A DNA stretch of 64,000 bases from an uncultured Eubacteriales bacterium (GCA_905201895.1 CAJKPX010000006.1:2656-66655); one strand, 5' to 3'; positions 45,575-55,100 are shown, numbered from the stretch's first letter. A program made the numbers and translations. Notes: generated by a model not told the origin, from the sequence alone.

Positions 45575-47797
45575 ATGAACAAGCAATTCATCGCCGCATC
45601 CCGCATCCCTGCGGATTTTGACACCCCCGTTGCAGCCCCCTATCTGCGAAAAAGCTTCTCGCTGGACGCCGTGCCGAGCGAAGCAAAAATCGAAATCTGC
45701 GGCCTCGGCTTCTACGCACTCTGGATCAACGGTCGGGAGATCACAAAGGGTCCGATGGCGCCCTACGTCTCCAATCCCGACGATCTTTGCTACTATGACA
45801 CCTATGACCTTTCGGGTCTGCTCACCGCAGGTAAGAACACGGTCGGCATTCTGCTGGGTAACGGCTGGATGAACCCGTTTGGCGGCGGCGTTTGGGATTT
45901 TGATCAGGCAGCATGGAGAGGTGCCCCCTGTGTGGCGCTTGAGCTCACCGCTCGGGTTGGCGAGGCGGAAATCTGCATCTGTGCCGACGAGAGCTTCCGC
46001 ACGCATCCCTCCCCGCTCCTCTTTGACGAGCTCCGCATGGGCGAGCATTATGACGCTCGCCTTGAGATCGACGGCTGGAATCTGCCCGATTTCGACGATG
46101 CCGATTGGGCGCCTGCGATCTGCATATCCAACGCCGTTCGCGGTGAAATGAAGCCCTGCACCGCAGAACCGATTGCCGTATATGACGAGGTACGCCCCGT
46201 GTCGATCACCAAGACCGAGGATGGCTATCTCTACGATTTCGGCATCAACTCGGCAGGTGTTTGCCGTTTGTCCGTCGAGGGCGAGGCTGGTCAACGCATC
46301 CAAATGCAACACTGCGAGATGCTCAAGGATGGCAAGTTCTTCCTTGAAAACATCATTTTCAAAGGCCGTCACGAACCGATCTACGCACACACCGAGCACG
46401 TATACATTTATGATTACACCCTCAACGGTCGAGGCAAGGAAATCTGGACGCCTCGCTTCTCCTATATGGGCTTCCGCTACGTTCTGGTCCGCGGTATCAC
46501 CGAGGAGCAGGCAACGCCCGAGCTGCTCACCTACCTGCGCATGAGCTCGGAGCTGCGCCCGATCGCATCCTTCTCCTGCTCAAACGAGCGAGTCAACCGC
46601 CTGTGGGAGATGGCGCAAAACTCAATCCGCTCGAATTTCTACTACTTCCCCACCGATTGCCCGCACCGCGAAAAGAACGGCTGGACCGGAGACGCGTCGA
46701 TGTCCTCGGACATGACAACGCTCTTCTATGACACCGAGCAGAGCTATCGCCAATGGCTTGAAGGGATCCGCAAGGCACAAAATGACCGCGGCGAGCTGCC
46801 CGGCATCGTGCCCACGGGCGGCTGGGGCTATGCATGGGGCAACGGCCCTGCATGGGACAGCGTGCTCTTTAATCTCCCCTACATGCTCTACCATTACCGC
46901 GGCAACACCGATGTCATCCGCGAAAATGCACACGCAATGATGCGCTATCTGGAATACGTGATGACCCGTCGCTCCGAGGATGGAACGATCGCGATCGGAC
47001 TTGGCGACTGGGTGCCCACGGGCAAGCGCAAGGCAAGCGCCTACGATTCGCCTCTCGCGCTGACCGACTCGACAATGATTATGGATATTGCGAGAAAGGC
47101 CGCCGAGATGCTTGAGGCGATCGGACAAACCCACGCCGCTGCATACGCCGGAGCAATTGCCGATGACATGCGCGCAACCATTCGCCGCGAGCTGCTTGAT
47201 ACCGAGACAGCAACCCTCGCAGGAAACTGCCAGACCTCGCAGGCGCTTGGTCTTTATTACGACATCTTTGATGAGAACGAGCGCCGTCCCGCATTTGAGA
47301 AGCTCCTCGAATTCATCCATGCAAAGGGCGATAGCTTTGACTGCGGATTTTTGGGTCTGCACACGATCTTCCACGTGCTCTCCGACTTTGGTGAGAACGA
47401 GCTTGCATACCGCATGATCATGAAGCCCGACTATCCCTCCTATGCTTATCTGATCGACGTTGGAGAAACGGCAATTCCCGAGTGGATCCTTGAACCCGCA
47501 GATCTGGCTACCAGAGCCTCGCACAATCACCATTTTCTTGGTGACTTCTCGCGCTGGTTCCTCACGCGCCTCGCAGGACTCTGCCCGCTGGATGCCTGCA
47601 CACTCACGCTTCGTCCCTCCTTCCCTGCCGACGTGGATCACGCAGACGCCACCTACGAATTCCCCACAGGTGTGGCAAGCGTCAGCTGGACTCGCACGGG
47701 CGACCGTATCGTGTTGAACGTCTCGATCCCAGAGGGCGTGAATTGCAAAACAGACGAACTCGCTCCGAACGTGGAGCTCCACCTGAACCGCGTATAA
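45575..47797 (+). CDS. alpha-L-rhamnosidase-family glycoside hydrolase (GH78-like), cytoplasmic
   Basis: N-terminal rhamnosidase domain pattern (ICGLGFYALWINGREITKG) and the (alpha/alpha)6 catalytic block FPTDCPHREKNGWTGDA. No signal peptide. Confidence 0.85.
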   Translation: MNKQFIAASRIPADFDTPVAAPYLRKSFSLDAVPSEAKIEICGLGFYALWINGREITKGPMAPYVSNPDDLCYYDTYDLSGLLTAGKNTVGILLGNGWMNPFGGGVWDFDQAAWRGAPCVALELTARVGEAEICICADESFRTHPSPLLFDELRMGEHYDARLEIDGWNLPDFDDADWAPAICISNAVRGEMKPCTAEPIAVYDEVRPVSITKTEDGYLYDFGINSAGVCRLSVEGEAGQRIQMQHCEMLKDGKFFLENIIFKGRHEPIYAHTEHVYIYDYTLNGRGKEIWTPRFSYMGFRYVLVRGITEEQATPELLTYLRMSSELRPIASFSCSNERVNRLWEMAQNSIRSNFYYFPTDCPHREKNGWTGDASMSSDMTTLFYDTEQSYRQWLEGIRKAQNDRGELPGIVPTGGWGYAWGNGPAWDSVLFNLPYMLYHYRGNTDVIRENAHAMMRYLEYVMTRRSEDGTIAIGLGDWVPTGKRKASAYDSPLALTDSTMIMDIARKAAEMLEAIGQTHAAAYAGAIADDMRATIRRELLDTETATLAGNCQTSQALGLYYDIFDENERRPAFEKLLEFIHAKGDSFDCGFLGLHTIFHVLSDFGENELAYRMIMKPDYPSYAYLIDVGETAIPEWILEPADLATRASHNHHFLGDFSRWFLTRLAGLCPLDACTLTLRPSFPADVDHADATYEFPTGVASVSWTRTGDRIVLNVSIPEGVNCKTDELAPNVELHLNRV

Positions 47798-47911
47798 TCC
47801 GATTCTTTGATCGAAGAACCGTCTCCCTCTCTGCTTTGATGAGGTGAGACGGTTCTTTTTGATAAAAAATACATTTTGTCGCTTTTTTTTGCATAATCCG
47901 AACATTTTTAC

Positions 47912-47940
47912 TTGACAAAAGCAACCAAAGCATGTATAAT
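47912..47940 (+). promoter_or_regulatory. sigma-A-type promoter for the DUF2752/DUF4234 gene pair
   Basis: TTGACA (47912-47917), 17-nt spacer, TATAAT (47935-47940). Confidence 0.7.
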
Positions 47941-47960
47941 ATGAATTGAGGATAAAGAAT

Positions 47961-48374
47961 ATGAAGAAGTTATGGATAAAATATAAGACCTGCGTGGGTG
48001 CGATCGCTGCAATTGCAATTCTTGTGGTGGTCCTGCAGCTTTTTGGTGTAACCTGTATCATCAAGCACCTCACGGGGATCTCCTGCCCCGGTTGCGGCAT
48101 GACGCGCGCCTGCATGAGCGCGCTGCGGCTTGATTTTTCGGCGGCATTTGCCTATCATCCGCTCTGGATCGCATTGCCCGTTGCTTTAGGATCGCTGACC
48201 GTTTGCAAAATCAAGCATCGCACTCGTAGCTTCCGCGCCATTCTTGCAGGCTCGTTGCTGCTCCTCTTTGCCGTCTATTTGTGGCGCATGCTCGCGCAAA
48301 ACGGCAACGTTGTGGTCTTTGAGCCGCAAAACGGAGCAATCGCACGCCTTTTGCGTTCTGTTTTTCAAATATGA
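47961..48374 (+). CDS. DUF2752-domain membrane protein
   Basis: GISCPGCGMTRA motif. ATG at 47961 after a GAGGA SD. Confidence 0.75.
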   Translation: MKKLWIKYKTCVGAIAAIAILVVVLQLFGVTCIIKHLTGISCPGCGMTRACMSALRLDFSAAFAYHPLWIALPVALGSLTVCKIKHRTRSFRAILAGSLLLLFAVYLWRMLAQNGNVVVFEPQNGAIARLLRSVFQI

Positions 48375-48419
48375 GCCGATATGGCTTCATATAAAAAAAT
48401 TTGAAAGGAAAAGACACCT

Positions 48420-48818
48420 ATGCAACCCATGAAAACAAACCGTAGCCTCATCATGCTCCTTCTGCTCTCGGTTGTAACCTGCGGCATCTATGAGATCTAC
48501 TTCCTCTGGAAGATGATCCAGGATACCAATACGCTCTGCGCAGACGACGGCAAAAAGACCCCCGGCCTGCTCGCATTCATTCTGCTCTCGTTCATCACCT
48601 GCGGAATTTATGCCATCGTTTGGTGGTATCAGCTCGCAGAGCGTCTGCATGATACCGGCGTAAGACGCAACGTGGACGCAGGCGTTACCGGCGGCTCCTT
48701 CCTGCTTTGGATGATCGTTGGCTCATTCCTCTGTGGAATCGGTTCGTTCTACGCGCTCTACATGGTCCTTCGCGCGCTGAACCGTCTGTCGGTTGAGTAC
48801 AACTCGCGCCTCGCTTGA
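48420..48818 (+). CDS. DUF4234-domain membrane protein
   Basis: Duplicated TCGIYEIYFLWK / TCGIYAIVWWYQ motif typical of DUF4234. Confidence 0.75.
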   Translation: MQPMKTNRSLIMLLLLSVVTCGIYEIYFLWKMIQDTNTLCADDGKKTPGLLAFILLSFITCGIYAIVWWYQLAERLHDTGVRRNVDAGVTGGSFLLWMIVGSFLCGIGSFYALYMVLRALNRLSVEYNSRLA

Positions 48819-48844
48819 TTGCGCATCAACTAAAAAAAAGCAAA

Positions 48845-48885
48845 CGCCCCGTTCCAATCAACAGGAACGGGGCGCGTCGCTTTTT
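48845..48885. terminator. bidirectional terminator
   Basis: CGCCCCGTTCC (48845-48855) pairs with GGAACGGGGCG (48864-48874). A T5 run follows on the plus strand and a T8 run on the minus strand. Confidence 0.8.
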
Positions 48886-49061
48886 GTCATGCGAGTCAAC
48901 AGCTTGAGCTCTGCCGACCTTGGGCGACCTCGACGCTGCCGCAAAGAGAGTTCGGGTTTGACCTGCTCTCCCCGACGTATCCACGTCTTGCGGCTGCACC
49001 GAGTGCATCACTCACCACTCAAGCGAGCTGTGAGCAACGGTTTGGGAACTCCGGGTCAAGC

Positions 49062-49259
49062 TTATTTCGTCTTGAGAGAGTTCTCGTAGGACTCGATCAT
49101 CTTCTTAACCATCTGACCGCCTACCGAGCCGGCTTGCTTGGAGGTGAGGTCACCGTTGTAACCCTGCTTGAGGTTTACACCGACCTCGCTCGCAGCTTCC
49201 ATCTTGAATCTCTCGAGTGCTTCCTTTGCCTCGGGGACAAGAGTTTTGTTGCTTGCCAT
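49062..49259 (-). CDS. alpha/beta-type small acid-soluble spore protein
   Basis: MASNKTLVPEAKEALERFKMEAASEVGVNLKQGYNGDLTSKQAGSVGGQMVKKMIE matches the SASP alpha/beta signature. AGGAGA SD. Confidence 0.9.
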   Translation of the reverse strand: MASNKTLVPEAKEALERFKMEAASEVGVNLKQGYNGDLTSKQAGSVGGQMVKKMIESYENSLKTK

Positions 49260-49539
49260 CGTTTTTCTCCTGTTCTGAACGGTATGCAAATCTTATGTAC
49301 CGTTCATTCCTTAGAATTCGCCGCACACAAGCTCCGTATCCGTTCGTCTATCTATATGATTGAGCTCGCGTTTTGCCGCGGCTCTGTCATTATTGTTCGC
49401 CCTCATGCTCGAAATATGAATGGAAATACTTTGCAGAAAAAAACGAATCACGCAAAAAATTGATGCAATTCGTCACAAAATGGGATACGGCTCCCGAAAA
49501 TCAGATTGCTACTTCGCCGTTCTATAATTTATGATATAG

Positions 49540-49584
49540 GAAAAGGGCTGAACCGTCCGCTTTTTCAAGCATTTGGTTCAGCCC
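49540..49584 (-). terminator. rho-independent terminator after the 45-aa peptide gene
   Basis: Minus strand reads GGGCTGAACC (49584-49575), a 21-nt loop, GGTTCAGCCC (49553-49544), then TTTT. Confidence 0.6.
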
Positions 49585-49595
49585 TTCTTTTTCTT

Positions 49596-49733
49596 TTAGC
49601 CAAACAGCGAACCGAAATCGCCGCTGTCGTCGTTTCCGTTTACATTATTGGAAACCGAGATCGACGTGGTGATGATATCGTGCTCGCAGATTTCAAGCGC
49701 TTCTGCCCAAGGGGCTACATAGTTTTTCTTCAT
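49596..49733 (-). CDS. 45-aa peptide gene (not in ORF track), paralog of 22755-22889
   Basis: Hand translation gives MKKNYVAPWAEALEICEHDIITTSISVSNNVNGNDDSGDFGSLFG*. GAAGGGGGAAAC SD. It starts 19 nt after the stop of the 1447-aa gene and is followed by a terminator. Confidence 0.6.
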   Translation of the reverse strand: MKKNYVAPWAEALEICEHDIITTSISVSNNVNGNDDSGDFGSLFG

Positions 49734-49752
49734 TTTTCAGTTTCCCCCTTCG

Positions 49753-52700
49753 TCAGTTATTGATGCCCAGAATTTCGTCCAGAATCAGCTCGCCCACGTT
49801 TTCTCCAATCTCCAGAGCGTCTGCCTGGTTCCAATGCCACTGGTCACTTCCCAGTATCTCTGCGCTACCGGCGGTTGCATTCCAACGGGTAATTGCGTAT
49901 TGCGAGTTGTCTACTACATAGCAGTTTTCCACCGCCTCGGGAAGTCCCTTTTGCATGGAAATGAACGCGTTGTTGACGTCCTCCGTGTCGGCACTCGTGA
50001 GATTTTGCGTTTGCGAAATGGTGCCAACGATAATCGGAAGGTCCGATGCATGAACCGTTCGACCCTCACCCGAAAGCGCCTGTGCAAGCGCGGAAAGATC
50101 GGTGCGCACGTCGGAGCAGAAATACACGAATGCCCTTTGGTACTCCGTGGGATTGGCTCTGTTGGCGCAGCCCTGCATCCAATAGAGTCCCTTGATATTG
50201 ATCTGATTATATCCGCCGTATTCGGAGAGCTCCAGAATATTTTTCTCAACCTGGTCGAGGAAATTTCTGTACATCCGACCCGTTACCGCACTATCGTAGT
50301 TAGCGATTTGCAGATACTCTGCGTAGCTCGGCGACACCCAGTTTCCATCCTGATGCGTGCTTCCCGTAGTATTGTTGAGCAGGCTGGAGCCGCCAAAGGC
50401 ATATTTGATAAAGCCTGCCACTCTGTCCGTTTGCTCATTGTAGTAGGTTGAGAGAGCCTTTGCCATTCCTGCCTCGGGACCAACGTAGCTGACAGAGCTA
50501 CCAAGATCAACGCCAAGTCCCAGCGTGGTATTTTGCCAAGGCAGATCACGGTCGCGATTTCCGCTCGAATTATCTCTGGAATTACCTGCGTAGTGGATAT
50601 TCGCATAACCCGTTTGCAGCTCGGGAGCCCAAAGATATGCGCTGTTCGCATCGGTGATCTTCGTGTAACCCGCTGCATTCGACTGACCTGCGATGAGGTA
50701 GATGTCGATGCTCTTATTTTCCGTCACGGTGCCGTCATCATCAACGGTAAAGGATGTGGTCTTGGCTTCGCTGTATACGCGCTCCTGTGCACCCTTTTGC
50801 TGTGACCAAGCGCGCACCTCAAAGCGATAATCGCCTGCGGGGATATTTTTGAGCGTGTAGCAGTAGAAGTAATCACCACCGTAGGAATCTGCCGTGATCG
50901 GCTCACCGCCGGCGAGGATGGATTCGTAAAGGTGATAACAATTGGTGTCAACCGTCTTGCCGTTGCAGGTAATCTCAAAGCCCAGCGCTTCGAGATCACG
51001 GTAATCACCCTTCAGGGTTGCAACAAAGCGTGTGTCAACCTTGTTTTCCTCATCGGCAGCTCCCGTCTGGAAGCCCTCCACAACAACCTCGGGTTGATTG
51101 ATGATCGTAAATTCATCGAGCACCAATCCGTCCACCTGACGAACGGTCATCACAATTCGGTCACCGTCGACCTTCACCTCAGTGTATGCCGGAATCGCAT
51201 CGTAGGGACTGATAATCGTTTGGCACTCCTCCACGTTGGGATTTCCGATCGCATCGTGGTTATAGGTGGTGGAACCAACCGTGGTGTAAACGGTACCCGT
51301 TCCCTTTTTGATCAGGTCGGGGGAATTCTTCGTTACGATCTCACCGTTTTTCATAGGATAGGTGCGCGTGACCAGATGCGAGTGACCCTGGATTACAAGG
51401 TCCACTCCGTGCGACTCAACCACATCGGCAAGCCATCCTCTGCTCTCTGCCTCTCCCGTTCTGTGATAGAAGGGAGCGTGTACAGTTACAATCGTCCATT
51501 TTGCATCGGCGTTTGCCGCGAGATCAGCTTCGAGCCAGGCTCTCTGTGCATCAAGGAAGACCTTGTCATCGTCTGCGGTTCTGGCATCTCCCGAGTTGAG
51601 GACCACAAAGTGAACGTCACCGTAATTGAAGGAATACACGGTCTCATCGAGAAACTTTGCAAGGTTCTTCGCGCGGTCTCCCGTCAAGCCCTGGAGAATG
51701 GTGGAATCAAATGCAGCACTACCGCCATTGTTGGGATGATTGAAATGATAATCGAAGAAAACGTTGCTGGTGGGTCCCTGACAATCGTGATTTCCCAATG
51801 CAGCAAAATGAGGAACGGTGGCGCCTCTTTCTCCCAGCGCCTTGAAGTAGAGATTCCAATGGTCGTGAATATAGTTGGATTCCACAAGGTCGCCCGTGTG
51901 GAGGATAAACGCGGGATCGCTCACCTGCTCAAACGCCTCGTCAAGTGCGGTCTGGGCATACATAAAGCCCTTGGTGCCTCTGGTAGAACCGTTCCAATTC
52001 GAGCCCTGGGTATCTCCAAATGCAATGAAGGAGAACGACTTGATATTCTCCAATGCAGTTCTGAAGGTGTAGGACTTGCTCCAATCGGTTTCGCTGTTCA
52101 AAATACCGATCTGATACTCATAAACCGTTGCGGGAGTGAGCCCCGAAATATCCGCCTTGAAGAAATCCTCACCGTCAAATGCATACAGCTCATTTTCTCG
52201 GATCGCATCAACAACCGTCCAATCGGAGGCACCCTGTACTCTGTAACGGAGCGCCATCGTGCCTGTTCCAACAAAATCCGTACGCGCGGTCCAAGCAAAG
52301 GCTCGGTCCTTTGCAGCATCGGTAAAGGAGGTTACAAGATTATAAACGTTTGCATAGAAGCCTTCGTAGACCGGCTCGGTTGTATTGAGTGTATAACTGT
52401 TTTTGGTGACATCAATATATTCAACCGATGCCTCGGCAGCGCAAACAGAGCCTTTGGAGAGCACACTGATCGAGGCTGCGCTCGAAAGCGCTGCATAGGC
52501 ACCTCTGCGGATCACGCCACCGTTCGGAAGCCCGATCTCAACCATGGTCATGCTCTGCGCGGGATTGATATATGCCTTCACGCGATAAACGCCGGTGCCA
52601 TACGCACCCTCGGTCTGGTTTCCGCAAATTCTGATTCCCTCCTCCGAGATCGCAAAGAGCTCCGAGGTGCCGTGCGACACGGAAATCATTTCACCGGCAT

Positions 52701-54096
52701 AGAGCAGACTGCAATCATACACCGCCTGCTTGCCGCTCGGAATCGAGATCGGAGTGTTTGCCGCCTCGTAAACCGCTTGTGACGTAAAGGAGAAATTATC
52801 AATCTCCACGGCACCGTCCTCACAACGGAGCACAAGGGAGGTCATATAAGGATCGGTTGTAACCTTTGCGTAATTTGCACTTGTACGGTAGCCTGTAACA
52901 AGCGTGCTTCCGTCGGGCTTGGTGATGGTGCTGGTGATGGTTTGTCCCTTCCACGCAATCCTTGCGTGATAGGTAACGTTGAGCATGGTTGCGGAATTGT
53001 AGGTGATATAGGTGTCGCCCGCGCGCACCTTGGTGCTTTTGTTGTTGAATTCGATTTGATTGTGGTATCCGCCGGGAGCAACGTAGAGCGCTCTGGTTTG
53101 ACCGCTCACTGAACCAACCCCGGTTCCCTCACCCGTAACCTTGAAATCAAACTCAAAAACGTATTCGTCGGTTGCGCTGTAATCTGCAACGTCAACCAGC
53201 TTCGTCCAATCAAATTTGATGCTGTTACCGGTGACCATCTTGACCACGCCGTTCTCCAATGCGGGAGCCGTTCCGGTGTAGGTTGAGCTCGAAATGTTTG
53301 TTTCAACAGCCCAATAGCCGTTTGCATTCATCGCCTTGCTTTGGAAAACGATCTCATTTCCCGTGGGCGCATAGGTGGTTGTACCGTCACTGAAGCTGAA
53401 ATTGCTGATCTCGATCGAACCGTCGCAGCAGCGGAATACCCAAGACTTTGTATAATCGTTGATCCCTTTGTAGTCGTTGCTGGTTCTCGTACCGGTCAGG
53501 ATCACGGTATTGCCGTTTTTCATGGTGGACTGCACGGTACCGTTGACGTTATCCCAAACGAGCTCAAAGGAATATACGGTGTTGAGCGTATAGGTGCTTG
53601 TGTCGGTTGTGTTTTTTCCGCCTACGTAGATCTTGCTATCCTTTTGGAGATACACCTGATCCAGCCAACCGCCGATCCCAACGTAGAATTCGCGGATATA
53701 GTTTGTCTTTTCGGGACAAAAGACCGCACCGTTTCCGAAATCGGTTACCTTCAGATCAAATCGGATGGTGAAGGTTCCGCTTGTTTTGATCTGCGGGATA
53801 TTGGTCCACTGCAGCTCCGCAGACTCCGCCTTGTCCAGATAGATCACGCCGTTGCTGCTCGAGGGCGAGGCAAAGTCATAATACTTCTGACAGGAGCTGG
53901 GAGAGCTCTTTTTGAACTCTGCGGTCCAGAGTGCCGCGCTTCTGTCGAACAGATCATAGTCAAAGCTATCCGAATAGTCATCATTCGCTATGGTCGTAGC
54001 GGATACCGATGCAGTGAATAGCACGCTGACGGTCTGAAGCAGCATCATCAGAACCAACAGAACGGAAATTGATTTTGTTGCCATTCTTCTTTTCAT
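49753..54096 (-). CDS. 1447-aa secreted multidomain protein: two ~190-aa beta-sandwich-like repeats, a purple-acid-phosphatase-like metallophosphoesterase and a C-terminal SASA/SGNH-type (sialate-O-acetylesterase-like) domain
   Basis: Signal peptide (ISVLLVLMMLLQTVSVLFTASVSA). Phosphoesterase motifs FIAFGDTQGS, HTGDLVES, ALGNHD, VHAPFY and QGHSHL. Esterase motif IYLIAGQSNAAGY. AGGAGA SD. Confidence 0.8.
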   Translation of the reverse strand: MKRRMATKSISVLLVLMMLLQTVSVLFTASVSATTIANDDYSDSFDYDLFDRSAALWTAEFKKSSPSSCQKYYDFASPSSSNGVIYLDKAESAELQWTNIPQIKTSGTFTIRFDLKVTDFGNGAVFCPEKTNYIREFYVGIGGWLDQVYLQKDSKIYVGGKNTTDTSTYTLNTVYSFELVWDNVNGTVQSTMKNGNTVILTGTRTSNDYKGINDYTKSWVFRCCDGSIEISNFSFSDGTTTYAPTGNEIVFQSKAMNANGYWAVETNISSSTYTGTAPALENGVVKMVTGNSIKFDWTKLVDVADYSATDEYVFEFDFKVTGEGTGVGSVSGQTRALYVAPGGYHNQIEFNNKSTKVRAGDTYITYNSATMLNVTYHARIAWKGQTITSTITKPDGSTLVTGYRTSANYAKVTTDPYMTSLVLRCEDGAVEIDNFSFTSQAVYEAANTPISIPSGKQAVYDCSLLYAGEMISVSHGTSELFAISEEGIRICGNQTEGAYGTGVYRVKAYINPAQSMTMVEIGLPNGGVIRRGAYAALSSAASISVLSKGSVCAAEASVEYIDVTKNSYTLNTTEPVYEGFYANVYNLVTSFTDAAKDRAFAWTARTDFVGTGTMALRYRVQGASDWTVVDAIRENELYAFDGEDFFKADISGLTPATVYEYQIGILNSETDWSKSYTFRTALENIKSFSFIAFGDTQGSNWNGSTRGTKGFMYAQTALDEAFEQVSDPAFILHTGDLVESNYIHDHWNLYFKALGERGATVPHFAALGNHDCQGPTSNVFFDYHFNHPNNGGSAAFDSTILQGLTGDRAKNLAKFLDETVYSFNYGDVHFVVLNSGDARTADDDKVFLDAQRAWLEADLAANADAKWTIVTVHAPFYHRTGEAESRGWLADVVESHGVDLVIQGHSHLVTRTYPMKNGEIVTKNSPDLIKKGTGTVYTTVGSTTYNHDAIGNPNVEECQTIISPYDAIPAYTEVKVDGDRIVMTVRQVDGLVLDEFTIINQPEVVVEGFQTGAADEENKVDTRFVATLKGDYRDLEALGFEITCNGKTVDTNCYHLYESILAGGEPITADSYGGDYFYCYTLKNIPAGDYRFEVRAWSQQKGAQERVYSEAKTTSFTVDDDGTVTENKSIDIYLIAGQSNAAGYTKITDANSAYLWAPELQTGYANIHYAGNSRDNSSGNRDRDLPWQNTTLGLGVDLGSSVSYVGPEAGMAKALSTYYNEQTDRVAGFIKYAFGGSSLLNNTTGSTHQDGNWVSPSYAEYLQIANYDSAVTGRMYRNFLDQVEKNILELSEYGGYNQINIKGLYWMQGCANRANPTEYQRAFVYFCSDVRTDLSALAQALSGEGRTVHASDLPIIVGTISQTQNLTSADTEDVNNAFISMQKGLPEAVENCYVVDNSQYAITRWNATAGSAEILGSDQWHWNQADALEIGENVGELILDEILGINN

Positions 54097-54201
54097 GATT
54101 TTTCTCCTACCTGTTTTTCATTTTTTGGTACTGAAATGACAAAAAATCGCTTATGGGGAAGCGATTTTTGTAGGTTATATCATCATTTTATCATATCGGT
54201 A

Positions 54202-54230
54202 TTGACTTTTCAAGACAGATATTGTATAAT
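54202..54230 (+). promoter_or_regulatory. sigma-A-type promoter for the AraC gene, divergent from the 1447-aa gene
   Basis: TTGACT (54202-54207), 17-nt spacer, TATAAT (54225-54230). Confidence 0.65.
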
Positions 54231-54263
54231 TATTAGCAAGAAGTTTACTTTTTGGAGGACATC

Positions 54264-55100
54264 ATGGGATCTCAAGGCTACCATAAAATCGGTCATACCT
54301 TTCTTGCTGAATTTTCCTCCTATATTTGCGGACACGAGGAGGCAGAGCTAACTCGGCGGGTACACTTTCACCGAAATTATGAGTTGATCGTTGTCCTTCG
54401 AGGACATTGCGTCTGTACCGTAAATAAAACAGCCTATCATCTGGAGCAGGGAGACGCAATTTTTATCCTTCCCTTTCAGAGTCACAGTTTCGCCCCCGAG
54501 GCAGATTCCGAGGTGCGATGCTCCGCATTTCACGAGCATATTATTCTCACGCTCTCACAAACGCTGAACGGAAACGTTCCAACGCCCCCCATATTCCATC
54601 CCTCCGACGAGGTATTTCAATTTTTCACCTCACAAATGCAAATGATGTTCGGAAACGATAGCGGAATGATCAAGCGCATTACACCGCCTGCAAAGCGCAT
54701 CAAGGTCAAGGGTGTGCTTTATGTGATCGAGAGTGAATTTCTCGCCCAGACCGAATTGATTTCGGGAAAGGGAGAAACCGACGCAACGATGGCAGTTGTC
54801 ACATTTATCTCAAAAAACTTCAGGTCCAATATTTCTCTGGCAGATGCTGCACGTGAGACCGGCTACAACTACCAGTATCTCTCCAGAACCTTCAATCAGA
54901 TTCTCGGCTGCAATTTCAAATCCCTGCTCAACCAATACCGCATGGAATACGCCTTTTCTCTTTTACAGGACACTGAGCTTCCCCTCTCGCAGATCGCCTA
55001 TGAAAGCGGATTTCAGAGTATCCGCTCCTTTAACAACACCTGCCAAAGAATATTTGGAAAAACACCGCGAGAATTGAAGCTGGAAAATCGTGTTCTGTAA
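54264..55100 (+). CDS. AraC-family transcriptional regulator (cupin plus HTH)
   Basis: GGAGGA SD then ATG at 54264. C-terminal AraC HTH (FSLLQDTELPLSQIAYESGFQSIRSFNNTCQRIFGKTPRE). Confidence 0.88.
   Translation: MGSQGYHKIGHTFLAEFSSYICGHEEAELTRRVHFHRNYELIVVLRGHCVCTVNKTAYHLEQGDAIFILPFQSHSFAPEADSEVRCSAFHEHIILTLSQTLNGNVPTPPIFHPSDEVFQFFTSQMQMMFGNDSGMIKRITPPAKRIKVKGVLYVIESEFLAQTELISGKGETDATMAVVTFISKNFRSNISLADAARETGYNYQYLSRTFNQILGCNFKSLLNQYRMEYAFSLLQDTELPLSQIAYESGFQSIRSFNNTCQRIFGKTPRELKLENRVL

Noticed and set aside
48793-49089. 98-aa plus-strand and 61-aa minus-strand ORFs in the spacer upstream of the SASP stop
   Set aside because: They are rich in Arg, Ser, Pro and Leu, have no SD, and span a terminator. 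The region is better explained as structured non-coding RNA or a 3' UTR (see findings).
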